Assembly (NCBI GenBank): GCA_965223155.1
Contig: CBDCVR010000013.1
Coordinates: 576,001 to 640,000 of the forward strand
Direction of reading: 5' to 3'
DNA from: Candidatus Multivoradales bacterium
Lineage (GTDB): Bacteria; Acidobacteriota; Thermoanaerobaculia; Multivoradales; JAHEKO01
Length of the DNA stretch: 64,000 nt
Positions 39,351 through 48,646 of the stretch are shown here, piece by piece; the first letter of the stretch is position 1; each line of letters opens with the position of its first letter. Both the position numbers and the translations under genes were made by a program. Under the pieces are notes generated by a model that was not told the DNA's origin, did no database searches, and was given only the letters and a program-made list of their open reading frames with translations.

Positions 39351-40328
39351 ATGGCAGAACCAACCGATCCGTCCCCAGCCGACGACTCCGTCCTGCCGGA
39401 CGGGCAGACGGCCCCGGGCGCGGAGGCCGAGGCGCAGGCTAGCACCGACCCGCTGGCGGCCGCCTTGAGCGATCAGCAGCCGGTCCAGGGACGAGTCATT
39501 GGCTGGAACCACGGCGGCTTTCACGTTGTGGTCGACGGCCGCACGGGCTTCTGCCCGCGCTCGGAGATGGACGTTGGCAAGGAGCAAGCCCCGGAGAGCC
39601 TCGTCGATCAGGAGTTCGACTTCCGCATTCTCAGGATCGAGGACGGCGGCAAGCGGGTGGTCCTGTCCCGGCGCGCCCAGGTGCGTGCCGAGGAGCGCGG
39701 CGCGGTCGAGCAGCTCGCCAGCCGCATGGAGGCCGGCGCCGACGTCACCGGTCACGTGGCCTCGATCACCGACTTCGGCGCGTTCATCGAGCTCGGCGGC
39801 GTCCAAGGTTTGCTTCACGTCTCCGAGATCAGCCGCAGCCGGGTTCAGCATCCATCGGACGTCCTGGAAGAAGGCCAGGAGGTCAAGGTCCGGATTCTCA
39901 AGATCGAGAAGGGCGGCCGGCGCATCTCGCTTTCCATGAAAGCGCTGGAGCCCGATCCCTGGGAGGGGATCGAGGATCGCTTCCCCCAGGGAACCGTGGT
40001 TCAGGGCAAGGTCGAAAAGGCCGCCGATTTCGGAGCCCTGATCGAGATGGCGCCGGGACTGACCGGTCTCCTGCCGGTGTCGGTCATGGGCCTGCCGTCC
40101 AACACCTCCCCGCCCAGAATCTACATGCCGGGCAAGGAGGTAACCGTGCAGGTCATTTCCGTAGACCGGAGACGCAGGAGAATTTCGCTCGGTCTGGAGG
40201 GCTCCGGCACCGAGGCCACCAATGCCGACGTCAAGTCCTACCGCGAACGCCAATCCACTGAAGACTCGTCCTTCAACGCCCTGGCTGCGGCCTTCGCCAA
40301 GGCCGGCGGTGACGGCGCCGCCGAATAG
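39351..40328 (+). CDS. S1 RNA-binding domain protein (three S1 repeats, RpsA-like paralog)
   Basis: GFCPRSE, ITDFGAFIELGGVQGLLHVSEIS, RRISLS, ADFGALIE, RRISLG. Confidence 0.88.
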   Translation: MAEPTDPSPADDSVLPDGQTAPGAEAEAQASTDPLAAALSDQQPVQGRVIGWNHGGFHVVVDGRTGFCPRSEMDVGKEQAPESLVDQEFDFRILRIEDGGKRVVLSRRAQVRAEERGAVEQLASRMEAGADVTGHVASITDFGAFIELGGVQGLLHVSEISRSRVQHPSDVLEEGQEVKVRILKIEKGGRRISLSMKALEPDPWEGIEDRFPQGTVVQGKVEKAADFGALIEMAPGLTGLLPVSVMGLPSNTSPPRIYMPGKEVTVQVISVDRRRRRISLGLEGSGTEATNADVKSYRERQSTEDSSFNALAAAFAKAGGDGAAE

Positions 40329-40345
40329 CCCTCGCGGTTCAGGAT

Positions 40346-40368
40346 CGGCGCCGGGCCGGCACCGTTTT
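40346..40368 (+). terminator. Possible intrinsic terminator after the S1 gene
   Basis: CGGCGCC-GGGCC-GGCACCG stem with one mismatch, followed by TTTT. Confidence 0.35.
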
Positions 40369-40509
40369 CCGGCTAGCGGCCGCGGCTGCTGGAGACCGAA
40401 TCCGTCGGGGCTTCGGCAGCGGTCCTCTTCCTCAAGCTAGACTAGGCGACACCACTGAACCGGTGCTGGTCCGGCCACCCATCGCGGTAGCCGGCAGAAA
40501 GGAGTTCCC

Positions 40510-41256
40510 ATGTCCGACACGTCTCCACCGTCCGCTAAGCAGGGAATCAGTACGCTCGGCTGGATCGCGATCGGCTGCGTCGGAGTTCTCATCCTGGCCG
40601 GGATCTTGACTTTCGCCTGTACCGCGATCGTGGCCAAGAAGAGCAAGGACTTCCTCGACGAGGTGGCCGACAATCCCACGATGGCCGGCGCCGAGGCCCT
40701 GATCCGAATGAATCCCGAGCTGGAATTCGTAGACAAGGACGAAGCGGCGCAGACCATCACCTTCCGCAACCGCGAGACCGGCGAGACGGTGGAGCTGGAC
40801 GTCGAAGACATCCTGGAGGGCAAGTTCGAGATGCGGCTGGACTCCGGCGAGACCGTGAGCGTGGATCTGGCGACCGAATCCGAGGGCGGTGCCACCGTGA
40901 CCGTGGGCGACGAAGGAAAGCTCCGGATTGGCGGTGGCGACTCGTCGGACCTGCCCGATTGGGTGCCGGCGTACCCAGGGGTCGACGTACAGGTGCCGAT
41001 GACCATGAGCGGCGACGATGGCGTCACCGGGACCGCCACCTTCGAGACTGGCGACACCGTGGACGAGGTCGCCAAGTTCTACGAGGACCGGCTGATCGAT
41101 GCCGGTTTCGCCATCGATCGCAGTTCCTACGAAGGGGGAGGCAACCGCACCGTGATGCTGACCGGCGAGACCGACGACGGCCGCGGCATCATTCTCTCGA
41201 TCTCGGGCGACGGCAGCGCGACCCGCGCCTCGATGAACTTCTCGGAAGAGCCCTAG
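40510..41256 (+). CDS. Hypothetical single-TM membrane-anchored acidic protein
   Basis: AAGGAG SD, N-terminal TM, LPDWVPAYPG, V..FY...L...GF motif. Confidence 0.75.
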   Translation: MSDTSPPSAKQGISTLGWIAIGCVGVLILAGILTFACTAIVAKKSKDFLDEVADNPTMAGAEALIRMNPELEFVDKDEAAQTITFRNRETGETVELDVEDILEGKFEMRLDSGETVSVDLATESEGGATVTVGDEGKLRIGGGDSSDLPDWVPAYPGVDVQVPMTMSGDDGVTGTATFETGDTVDEVAKFYEDRLIDAGFAIDRSSYEGGGNRTVMLTGETDDGRGIILSISGDGSATRASMNFSEEP

Positions 41257-41285
41257 CCCGACATCTGGCCGAGATTCCAGGCATC

Positions 41286-41315
41286 GCGAAGCTGCGGGCA
41301 GCCCCGCCGCTTCGC
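41286..41315. terminator. Hairpin between convergent genes (possible bidirectional terminator)
   Basis: GCGAAGCtGCGGG-CAGC-CCCGCcGCTTCGC; no U-tract. Confidence 0.4.
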
Positions 41316-41412
41316 TCGGTCGGGTTCGAGATCCCGCGGCGCCCTAGGCTCCACCTCTAGGTGCCCGCCACCGCTCTCGCCTCGTTGCCGGTAGGACGCT
41401 GACGCCGTCGGC

Positions 41413-43962
41413 TCAGTGCTCCACCGGGCGGGCGCGGTCGCTCTCGCCCCTGCCCATGTGGGACCCGCCGTCGGCGACGGGACCGAGCCCGGGGATCGCC
41501 AGAGCCAGGACCTCGTCCAGACGCTCGACGGGATGAATGGTCAGCGTCCGCCGCACCTCGGCCGGAACGTCCTCCAGATCCGGCACATTGGCCTTGGGCA
41601 GAAGAACCTCGCGCAAACCGGCGCGCACGGCGCCCAGAACCTTCTCCTTGACGCCACCGATCGGCAGCACCCGGCCCGAGAGCGTAATCTCGCCGGTCAT
41701 CGCCAGGTCGTGCCGCGCGGGCCTGCCAGTCAGAGCCGAGGTCAGGGCGGTCGCCATGGTGACGCCGGCGGACGGCCCATCCTTGGGCACCGCTCCCGCC
41801 GGGACGTGGATGTGCACGTCCCGCCCGCTCGAGGGCTCGGCTTCGAGCTCCCAGCCCAGCTCTCCGGCCCGCGATCGCGCATAGCTCCAGGCGGCATGCG
41901 CCGACTCCTTCATGACATCGCCCAGCTGGCCGGTCAGGACCAGGTTTCCCTTCCCCGGCATGGTGGTCACCTCGACGAACAGAATGTCGCCGCCGACCGG
42001 GGTGTAGAACATCCCGGTGGCCACCCCGACCTGGTCCACGGAGGCCGCCGTCTCGGGGTGAATCTTGGGGCGGCCCAGTAGCTCGCGGACCCGCTCCCGG
42101 TCCACCTCGACTCGCTCGTCGTCCCCGGCCGCGATGCGCCGGGCGACCTTGCGGCAGAGGCGGCCGATCTCGCGCTCGAGCTGGCGCACACCAGCCTCGC
42201 GGGTGTAGTGGGTCACGACCTCGGAGAGAGCCTCGTCCGCGAGCTGGATCTCGGAGGCCTCCAGGGCCTGCTGCCGGCGCTGCCGCGGCACCAGGTAGCG
42301 CTTGGCGATCTCCAGCTTCTCGTTTTCGGTATAGCCCGAAAACTCGACCAGCTCCATCCGATCCAAGAGCGGTCCCGGAATGTTCTGCAGATAGTTGGCC
42401 GTGGCGATGAAGAGCACCTCGGACAGATCGAAGGGAACGCCCAGGTAGTGGTCCACGAAGCTGTCGTTCTGGGCCGGGTCCAGAACCTCGAGCAGAGCCG
42501 CGGCCGGATCGCCCTGGTACGAAGCGCCCAGCTTGTCCACCTCGTCCAGAAGGAAGACGGGATTCCGGGTCCCGGCCTGCTTCATGCCCTTCAGGATCCG
42601 GCCCGGCATGGCGCCGACGTAGGTGCGCCGGTGACCGCGGATGTCGGCCTCGTCCCGGGCGCCGCCGAGCGAGATGCGAACGTATTCGCGGCCCATGGCG
42701 CGCGCGATCGAACGGGCGATCGAGGTCTTCCCGACTCCGGGCGGCCCGGCGAAGAGCAGGATCGGCGCCTGCTTGGGCTCCTCGTGCGCCGCACCGTGCC
42801 GGATCTCGGCATCGGCATCGACGTCGGCGGAGTCGCCGGAGTCGGCCGCCGAGACCTCCTCGACTTCAGGATCGCCTTCCAGCTCGCTTTCGAAATTGGC
42901 CTTGCGAACACTCCCTGTCTTGGCCGGCGTCTCCCGCCGCCGCAACTGATGCACCGCCAGGTACTCCAGGACCCGGTCCTTGACGTCCTGGAGACCGTAG
43001 TGGTCCCGATCCAAGACCGACGAGGCTCGGGGCAGATCCAGATGCTCCTCGCTGCGTTCGTTCCAGGGCAGCTCGGCAACCACCTCGAGGTAGTTGCGCA
43101 GCACCTGGTACTCCATCGACTCGCGGTTCATGCGGCCCAGACGCTTGAGCTCGCGATCCACCTCCTTGCGGGCCGCCTCGGGAAGCTCCAAAGCGTCGAG
43201 CGTCTCGCGCAGCTCGTCCACCTCCTCGGCGTCGTCACCCTCGCCCAGCTCGCGCCGGATCGCCTTGAGCTGTTCCCGCAACACCATCTCGCGCTGGCGA
43301 TCGCCCAGCTCCTGCTGAACCTGGTTCTTGATCGACTCTTGCGCGTCCAAGACGCCGATCTGGCGCTGGACGTGCACCAGGACGCGGCGCAGCCTCTCCT
43401 CCACCGACAGGGTCTCGAGCAGAGCTTGTCGATCGGCTGGCTCGATCTCGAGATAGCTGGCCACCAGATCGGCCAAGCGTCCGCCCTCGTCGGTGGCGTC
43501 CAGAATCTGCGCCACCATCTCCTCGGGCAGACCGGCCTTGCGGCCCAGCTCGGCGGCCCGGTCGCGGAGCTCCCGGTAGAGCGCCAGGTAAGCAGCGTCG
43601 GCAGCGTCCGACGGCTCCATCTCCTCGGCCGGCCGCACCACCGCTTCCAGATACCCGTCCCGCTGGCTGATGCGGAAGGCGATGCCGCGCTGATCCCCCT
43701 CGAGGAGAAGCTGCACCATGTTGCGGCCTTGCTGCAGATGGCCCACCCGGGCGATGGTACCGATGGTGTAGAGCGACTCGGAGCTCACCTCCGAAGCGTC
43801 GTCGCGCTGGGCGACGGCGAAGACCAGCTTGGACTCGGCGGCGACCGCGGCTTCGATCGCCTTCAAGGTGCCCGGGCGGCCGGCCCGGATGGGCGCGGTG
43901 ACTCCGGGAAACATCACGGTCGCCCGCAGGGGCAGGACCGGCAGGGTCAACGTATCCGACAT
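41413..43962 (-). CDS. lon: ATP-dependent Lon protease
   Basis: [48 protein letters not shown]. Confidence 0.97.
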   Translation of the reverse strand: MSDTLTLPVLPLRATVMFPGVTAPIRAGRPGTLKAIEAAVAAESKLVFAVAQRDDASEVSSESLYTIGTIARVGHLQQGRNMVQLLLEGDQRGIAFRISQRDGYLEAVVRPAEEMEPSDAADAAYLALYRELRDRAAELGRKAGLPEEMVAQILDATDEGGRLADLVASYLEIEPADRQALLETLSVEERLRRVLVHVQRQIGVLDAQESIKNQVQQELGDRQREMVLREQLKAIRRELGEGDDAEEVDELRETLDALELPEAARKEVDRELKRLGRMNRESMEYQVLRNYLEVVAELPWNERSEEHLDLPRASSVLDRDHYGLQDVKDRVLEYLAVHQLRRRETPAKTGSVRKANFESELEGDPEVEEVSAADSGDSADVDADAEIRHGAAHEEPKQAPILLFAGPPGVGKTSIARSIARAMGREYVRISLGGARDEADIRGHRRTYVGAMPGRILKGMKQAGTRNPVFLLDEVDKLGASYQGDPAAALLEVLDPAQNDSFVDHYLGVPFDLSEVLFIATANYLQNIPGPLLDRMELVEFSGYTENEKLEIAKRYLVPRQRRQQALEASEIQLADEALSEVVTHYTREAGVRQLEREIGRLCRKVARRIAAGDDERVEVDRERVRELLGRPKIHPETAASVDQVGVATGMFYTPVGGDILFVEVTTMPGKGNLVLTGQLGDVMKESAHAAWSYARSRAGELGWELEAEPSSGRDVHIHVPAGAVPKDGPSAGVTMATALTSALTGRPARHDLAMTGEITLSGRVLPIGGVKEKVLGAVRAGLREVLLPKANVPDLEDVPAEVRRTLTIHPVERLDEVLALAIPGLGPVADGGSHMGRGESDRARPVEH

Positions 43963-44158
43963 GATGGACCTTTCTCGATCTTTCTTGATCTTGTTCCTGG
44001 CATCCCCGACCTGGCGCTTCTTGCCGCCTCCGCGGGGCTAGGTGCGCCTGAAGAAGGAGCGCCCGCGCGGCGCGGTGCCGCGTACCCCACTACAAGCTGC
44101 CGCTGACGGGAAAAATTCCCAGACCGGAGCCAGCCGGAGCCAGCGCTAGAATGCGCCG

Positions 44159-44935
44159 ATGCGCTACGCCAGCCACGCGTCCGGAGGCGGCTTCGGCCTG
44201 ACCGGGCCGGTGCCGACCGACGTCTGGGTCCTGCTGGGAATTCTTCTCGCCACGCTCTCCTGCCGCTTCTTCAGCGCCCTTGCCTGGCTCCCCCGGCTGC
44301 TGGAGCTGGCCTCCACGGCCTGGAGCTCGAGCCAGATCTGGAGGATCGCCACGTACCCGTTCGCCGCCACCGGCTCCGCCGGCCTCTGGTTCGTCCTCGA
44401 GCTCCTGATCCTGTTTCTCTTCGGCCGCACTCTTGTCTACCAGCTGGGCCGCAAGCGGTTCTGGCGCTTTCTGGTGATCACGTCGATTCTGGCCGGCGTG
44501 GCGGCGGTGGCCGTGGACGCCGCCGGCCATCTGCTCGCGGGACCGTCCGCGTTTCCGTTGGCCTTCGTTCTCATGCAGGGGCAGCGCATGGTCCTGGCGC
44601 TACTGGTCGCGGCCTTCGCGCTCCTAAACCGCAACGCGACCATCCTGCTCTTTTTCGTCCTCCCGGTTCAGGCCAAGTGGTTCCTGCTTCTGGAGGCCCT
44701 GTTCGCGTTCCTGGGTTTCTTGACCACCCACGACCTACCCGGACTCGTCGGATTGTGCGCGGGCATCGCGGCGGCCTGGCTGCTCCTTACCCCGGGCGCC
44801 TCGGTGGCGAGCGCGGCGCGCGAGCTCTGGCTGCGGACCCAGGAACGCTGGTTCCGCTTCCGCCTGAATCGCCTCAGGAAGAAGCGCGGCTTCGAGGTGC
44901 TCCAGGGCGGCCGCGACGACGACCGCATTCACTAG
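44159..44935 (+). CDS. Rhomboid-like membrane protein (catalytic residues not evident)
   Basis: QIWRIATYPF, LFLFGRTL, NATILLFFVLPVQAKW; C-terminal FEVLQGG; no clear GxSG or catalytic His. Confidence 0.65.
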   Translation: MRYASHASGGGFGLTGPVPTDVWVLLGILLATLSCRFFSALAWLPRLLELASTAWSSSQIWRIATYPFAATGSAGLWFVLELLILFLFGRTLVYQLGRKRFWRFLVITSILAGVAAVAVDAAGHLLAGPSAFPLAFVLMQGQRMVLALLVAAFALLNRNATILLFFVLPVQAKWFLLLEALFAFLGFLTTHDLPGLVGLCAGIAAAWLLLTPGASVASAARELWLRTQERWFRFRLNRLRKKRGFEVLQGGRDDDRIH

Positions 44936-44942
44936 TGCACGG

Positions 44943-45701
44943 CTAGGACACGGCCGGCGGGCCCCCGAGCAAAGCCGCCGCCTCCCGGTCCAGAAGCCAC
45001 TCCGAAGCCGGCGCCTCGGCGGCAACGCGGGTCGCAGGTAGCACCGGATCCTGGGACACGAGCGCGCCGAACACCGCTTCCGCCTTGCGCCCGCCCCGGA
45101 CCAGAACGACCACCCGCCGGGCACGCCGGATGAGCTCGTAGGAGAAAGTGACGCGCTCGCCGACGCCGGCGGGACTCGACCCGGCCTCCACCAGGGCGCC
45201 GGTTTCCCGCCGGTCGGCCGCGACGGGCGGCGCCGGCGGAAAGAGCGAGGCCACGTGACCATCCTCGCCCAAGCCGAGCAGAAGTAGATCGAAAGAGCAC
45301 TCGGACGTCTCGGCCTGCTCGCGGATCTCGTCCTCGTAGCGCCGGGCACACTCCGGTGCCGAGCGATCCGTCATGGGGACAAAGATCCGCTCCGGAGCCA
45401 CGCCGAGCGGACCCAGGACCACGGTCCTGACCATGCCCACGTTGCTCTCCGGGCTGCTCTCGGCCACCAACCGCTCGTCGCTCCAGAAGTAGCGGCAGCG
45501 CCGCCAGGCGCTCAGCTCCTCGGGATCCGTGGCGAGCCGTTCGGCGATGCGCCGGTACACGTCAACCGGCGTCGAGCCTCCGGCCAGGGCCAGCAGCGGC
45601 TCGGACCGGTCCGCCGCCGCCCGCGCGACCAATTCCAGCAGTCTTCCCGCGGCTGCGTCCACGAACGCGATTCCGGAGCCGAAGACACGAACCGAGGCCA
45701 C
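44943..45701 (-). CDS. pgl: 6-phosphogluconolactonase
   Basis: ALAGGSTP, FWSDER.V...SPESN, LGLGEDGHVASLFP. Confidence 0.93.
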   Translation of the reverse strand: MASVRVFGSGIAFVDAAAGRLLELVARAAADRSEPLLALAGGSTPVDVYRRIAERLATDPEELSAWRRCRYFWSDERLVAESSPESNVGMVRTVVLGPLGVAPERIFVPMTDRSAPECARRYEDEIREQAETSECSFDLLLLGLGEDGHVASLFPPAPPVAADRRETGALVEAGSSPAGVGERVTFSYELIRRARRVVVLVRGGRKAEAVFGALVSQDPVLPATRVAAEAPASEWLLDREAAALLGGPPAVS

Positions 45702-45722
45702 AGCTGCGAGCCCGGCGTCCGA

Positions 45723-47378
45723 TCAGCGATTCAGTAGCTGGCGGAGGAGAAAGAGCGCCCGGCGCACGTCGCCATCGGGCTGCACCCGCACCAGGCGCCG
45801 TCCGGCGGCGACCAGCGCGGCGGCGTCGCCGTCGGCCTGGGCGGCCACGATCTTGCCCAGGGATTCCTCCCGGCCCGGAACCAGAAGATCGGCCATCGGC
45901 GCCGGCTGGATCTGCAAGAACACGCCCTGGCTCCCGCCGCCCTTGTGAAGCTGCCCGCTCGAGTGCAGGTAGCGCGGGCCGTAGCAGGCGGTCGTGGGCC
46001 GCCCCGACAGCTCGTGGACCCGGCGCTGGAGCTCGGCAAGCTCCCGGTCCATCTCCACCGACGGCGGGGCGTAGGTGAGGATGGCGAAATAGTCGCCTTC
46101 TCCGGCCGATCCCAGCCAATCGGTTAGAGCGACGGACAGGCGATCCCGGTCGCCGGTCGAGATCGATTCAGGTAGCGGCTCGGATTCCTGGTCGGCGGGG
46201 TCCGGACCGTCCAAGACCCGCTGGGTCGCCTGCTTGGCGGCCTCGACGTCGGGCTGATCGAAGGGATTGACCTCCAGCACGGTCGCGGCCATCGCCACCG
46301 CAAGCTGCCAGCGAAAGAACTCGCCGCCAAGATCGTAGGGATCGCGCAGACGGACGGAGATCGTCGGGTGCCCTCGCTCCTCCAGCTCCTGGAGCCAGCC
46401 GGCCAGGGCCTCCGGGGGGTCGCCGAGAGTCAGACTGACGAAGATCCGGTCGTCGCCGTAGGCATCGGCTGCGGCCCTGGGTTCCCCGACGATCGGCACG
46501 AGGCCCTTGCCCTCCTTGCCCAGGCTCTCGGCCACGAGCTGGTCCAGCCACAGGGGAAACGCAGTCAGGGGCGGCGTTGCCAGCAGGGTCAGCTTGTCCC
46601 GGCCCGCCAGCGCCAGCTCGCCCAAAGCGGCACCTAGCTCCAACCCCGGGCTGGTCAGGTTGCGGAGGCACTCGTCCTCCATGGCGTGCGCCCTGCGCAG
46701 GATCTGTTCGATATCCAGGCCGCTCAGCGCGGCCGGCAGCAAGCCGAACACCGAGAGGGCGCTGAAACGCCCGCCCACGGTCTCGTTGCCGCGGTAGACG
46801 CCGCGGAACTCGTGCTCAACGGCAAAGTCCTCGAGCGGCGATCCGGCGTCGGTGATCGCCAGAAAGCTCTCCCCCGGCCGGCTCGACCAACGGCCGAAAC
46901 AATGCAGCAGCACGTCGGCCAGCGCCCGCGTCTCGAGTGTGCTCCCGGACTTGCTCGACACCACGCACTGCCAGCCGTCGCGGCGAACCTGGTCCACTAG
47001 CGGCCGGACCGAGTCGGGATGGGTCGTGTCCAGAACCGTCAACCGCCGCTCCGCCGGTGGTCGAAAGCAATGCTCCAGAACCAGGGGTGCCAAGGACGAG
47101 CCGCCCATGCCTACCAGAATCGTGTGCTCCACGCCCCGCGACCGAGCCTCTGCGGCGGCCTCGTGAAAGCCATCCAGCTCGAGCCAAATGTCCTGGGGCA
47201 GATCCAGCCAACCCAGCCGCGAGCTCACGGCCTCGGCGTCGGCATAAGGCCACAGGCTCGGATCCTTGGCGCGCAAGCAGCCGCGAACGTCGGCCGCCTC
47301 CCAAGCGGCCAAGCGTTCCTTCACCGCTTCGCCGAAAGAGCCCAGGCGAAGCCACTGCTCCGGAACCGTCGCGCGCAT
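45723..47378 (-). CDS. pgi: Glucose-6-phosphate isomerase (type found in Tal-Pgi fusions)
   Basis: RLGWL, GMGGSSL, SSKSGST.E, GGRFSALS, AESLGK, NPFDQPDVE.AK, GPRYLHSSGQLHKGG. Confidence 0.88.
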   Translation of the reverse strand: MRATVPEQWLRLGSFGEAVKERLAAWEAADVRGCLRAKDPSLWPYADAEAVSSRLGWLDLPQDIWLELDGFHEAAAEARSRGVEHTILVGMGGSSLAPLVLEHCFRPPAERRLTVLDTTHPDSVRPLVDQVRRDGWQCVVSSKSGSTLETRALADVLLHCFGRWSSRPGESFLAITDAGSPLEDFAVEHEFRGVYRGNETVGGRFSALSVFGLLPAALSGLDIEQILRRAHAMEDECLRNLTSPGLELGAALGELALAGRDKLTLLATPPLTAFPLWLDQLVAESLGKEGKGLVPIVGEPRAAADAYGDDRIFVSLTLGDPPEALAGWLQELEERGHPTISVRLRDPYDLGGEFFRWQLAVAMAATVLEVNPFDQPDVEAAKQATQRVLDGPDPADQESEPLPESISTGDRDRLSVALTDWLGSAGEGDYFAILTYAPPSVEMDRELAELQRRVHELSGRPTTACYGPRYLHSSGQLHKGGGSQGVFLQIQPAPMADLLVPGREESLGKIVAAQADGDAAALVAAGRRLVRVQPDGDVRRALFLLRQLLNR

Positions 47379-48496
47379 CAGACCGTTACGCTAGCGCTGG
47401 AAGCTGCCAAGGCGGTTCTCTTGGCCTCGAGCGCGGCCAGCAGACGATCGAACGGCACCGCGAACTTGGCCAGCCCATCCCGTTGCAGCTCTTCGGTGAC
47501 CGCCCGCAGATCGATTCCCAGCTTCGTCAGCCGGTCGAGTTGGCCGCGAGCCTCGGCAATCCCTTCGGTAAGGGTCGCCGCCGCCTCGCCATGGTCGCGA
47601 AAGGCGGCCAAGGTCTTGGGCGGAATGGTGTTCACGGTCTCGGCGCCGATCAGCTCTTCCACGTACAGTACGTCTCGGTAGGCCTCGTTCTTGGTCGACG
47701 TGCTGGCCCAGAGCACCCGCTGCGGCCGGGCGCCGCGGGCCGCGAACGACTCGAAATCCGCTCCGTGGAAAATCTCCAGGAAGCGCTGGTAGGCCATCTT
47801 CGAGTTGGCAATGCCTATTGCGCCGAGAAGCTCGGCGGCGGCGGTATCGGTCGCGGCGGCTAGCTGTTTGTCGATCGCCGTGTCGACCCGGCTGACGAAA
47901 AACGAGGCTACCGAGGCCACCCGTGACGGCTCCTCGGCCCCGGCGAGCCCCCGCAGGTAGGCCTGGGCCACCGCCTCGTAGTGCTCGAGCGAGAACATCA
48001 GCGTCACGTTGACGTTGATGCCGCCTCCGATCAGAGCCTCGATCGCGTCGATGCCGGCGGACGTGGCCGGCACCTTGATCATCAGGTTGGGTCGGTCGAC
48101 CTCGGCCCACAGACGGCGCGCCTCCTCGAGAGTGCCTCCGGTGTCGGCGGCCAGGTGTGGCGAAACCTCGAGGCTGACGTAGCCGTCGGCGCCGCCCGTG
48201 TCCCGGAAGACCCCGGCCAGCAGGTCGGCGGCCATGCGAATGTCGTCGATCGCCAGCCGCTCGTACAGGCGGACGCCATCGATGTCGGGCTCGCCGGCGA
48301 GAATCTCGCGCATCGCTCCGTCATACAGATCGCTCTGGCCGATCGCCTGCTCGAAGATGGCCGGATTGCTGGTCAGACCGGAAACGCCGTCCTCGGCGAT
48401 GAGGGCAGCAAGCTCACCGTTCTGCAACAGGTCCCGCCGGATGTAGTCCAGCCAGATCGCCTGCCCGCAGCGGACCAGCTCCTGCAATCGATTCAT
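47378..48496 (-). CDS. tal: Transaldolase
   Basis: GQAIWLD, GLTSNPAIF, VSLEVSP, NLMIKVPAT, NVTLMF, SFFVSR, LWASTSTK. Confidence 0.95.
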   Translation of the reverse strand: MNRLQELVRCGQAIWLDYIRRDLLQNGELAALIAEDGVSGLTSNPAIFEQAIGQSDLYDGAMREILAGEPDIDGVRLYERLAIDDIRMAADLLAGVFRDTGGADGYVSLEVSPHLAADTGGTLEEARRLWAEVDRPNLMIKVPATSAGIDAIEALIGGGINVNVTLMFSLEHYEAVAQAYLRGLAGAEEPSRVASVASFFVSRVDTAIDKQLAAATDTAAAELLGAIGIANSKMAYQRFLEIFHGADFESFAARGARPQRVLWASTSTKNEAYRDVLYVEELIGAETVNTIPPKTLAAFRDHGEAAATLTEGIAEARGQLDRLTKLGIDLRAVTEELQRDGLAKFAVPFDRLLAALEAKRTALAASSASVTV

Positions 48497-48646
48497 GTGA
48501 TCTCCCGGTGTCGATGACGTTGGCCGCGCGGCTCGGCGTTTCCGACAGCCATCCAGACAGCTATCCAAGCAGGCGCCTGCCGCGCCGTCGCGCTACCGCA
48601 GCGATGGTACCACCGCCGCCGGCCCCCCAGATCGGTGGCCCGGCCG

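Noticed and set aside
41321-41336. CGGGTTCGAGATCCCG resembling a tRNA T-arm
   Set aside because: 8-nt loop, no acceptor, D or anticodon arms, and no adjacent integrase.
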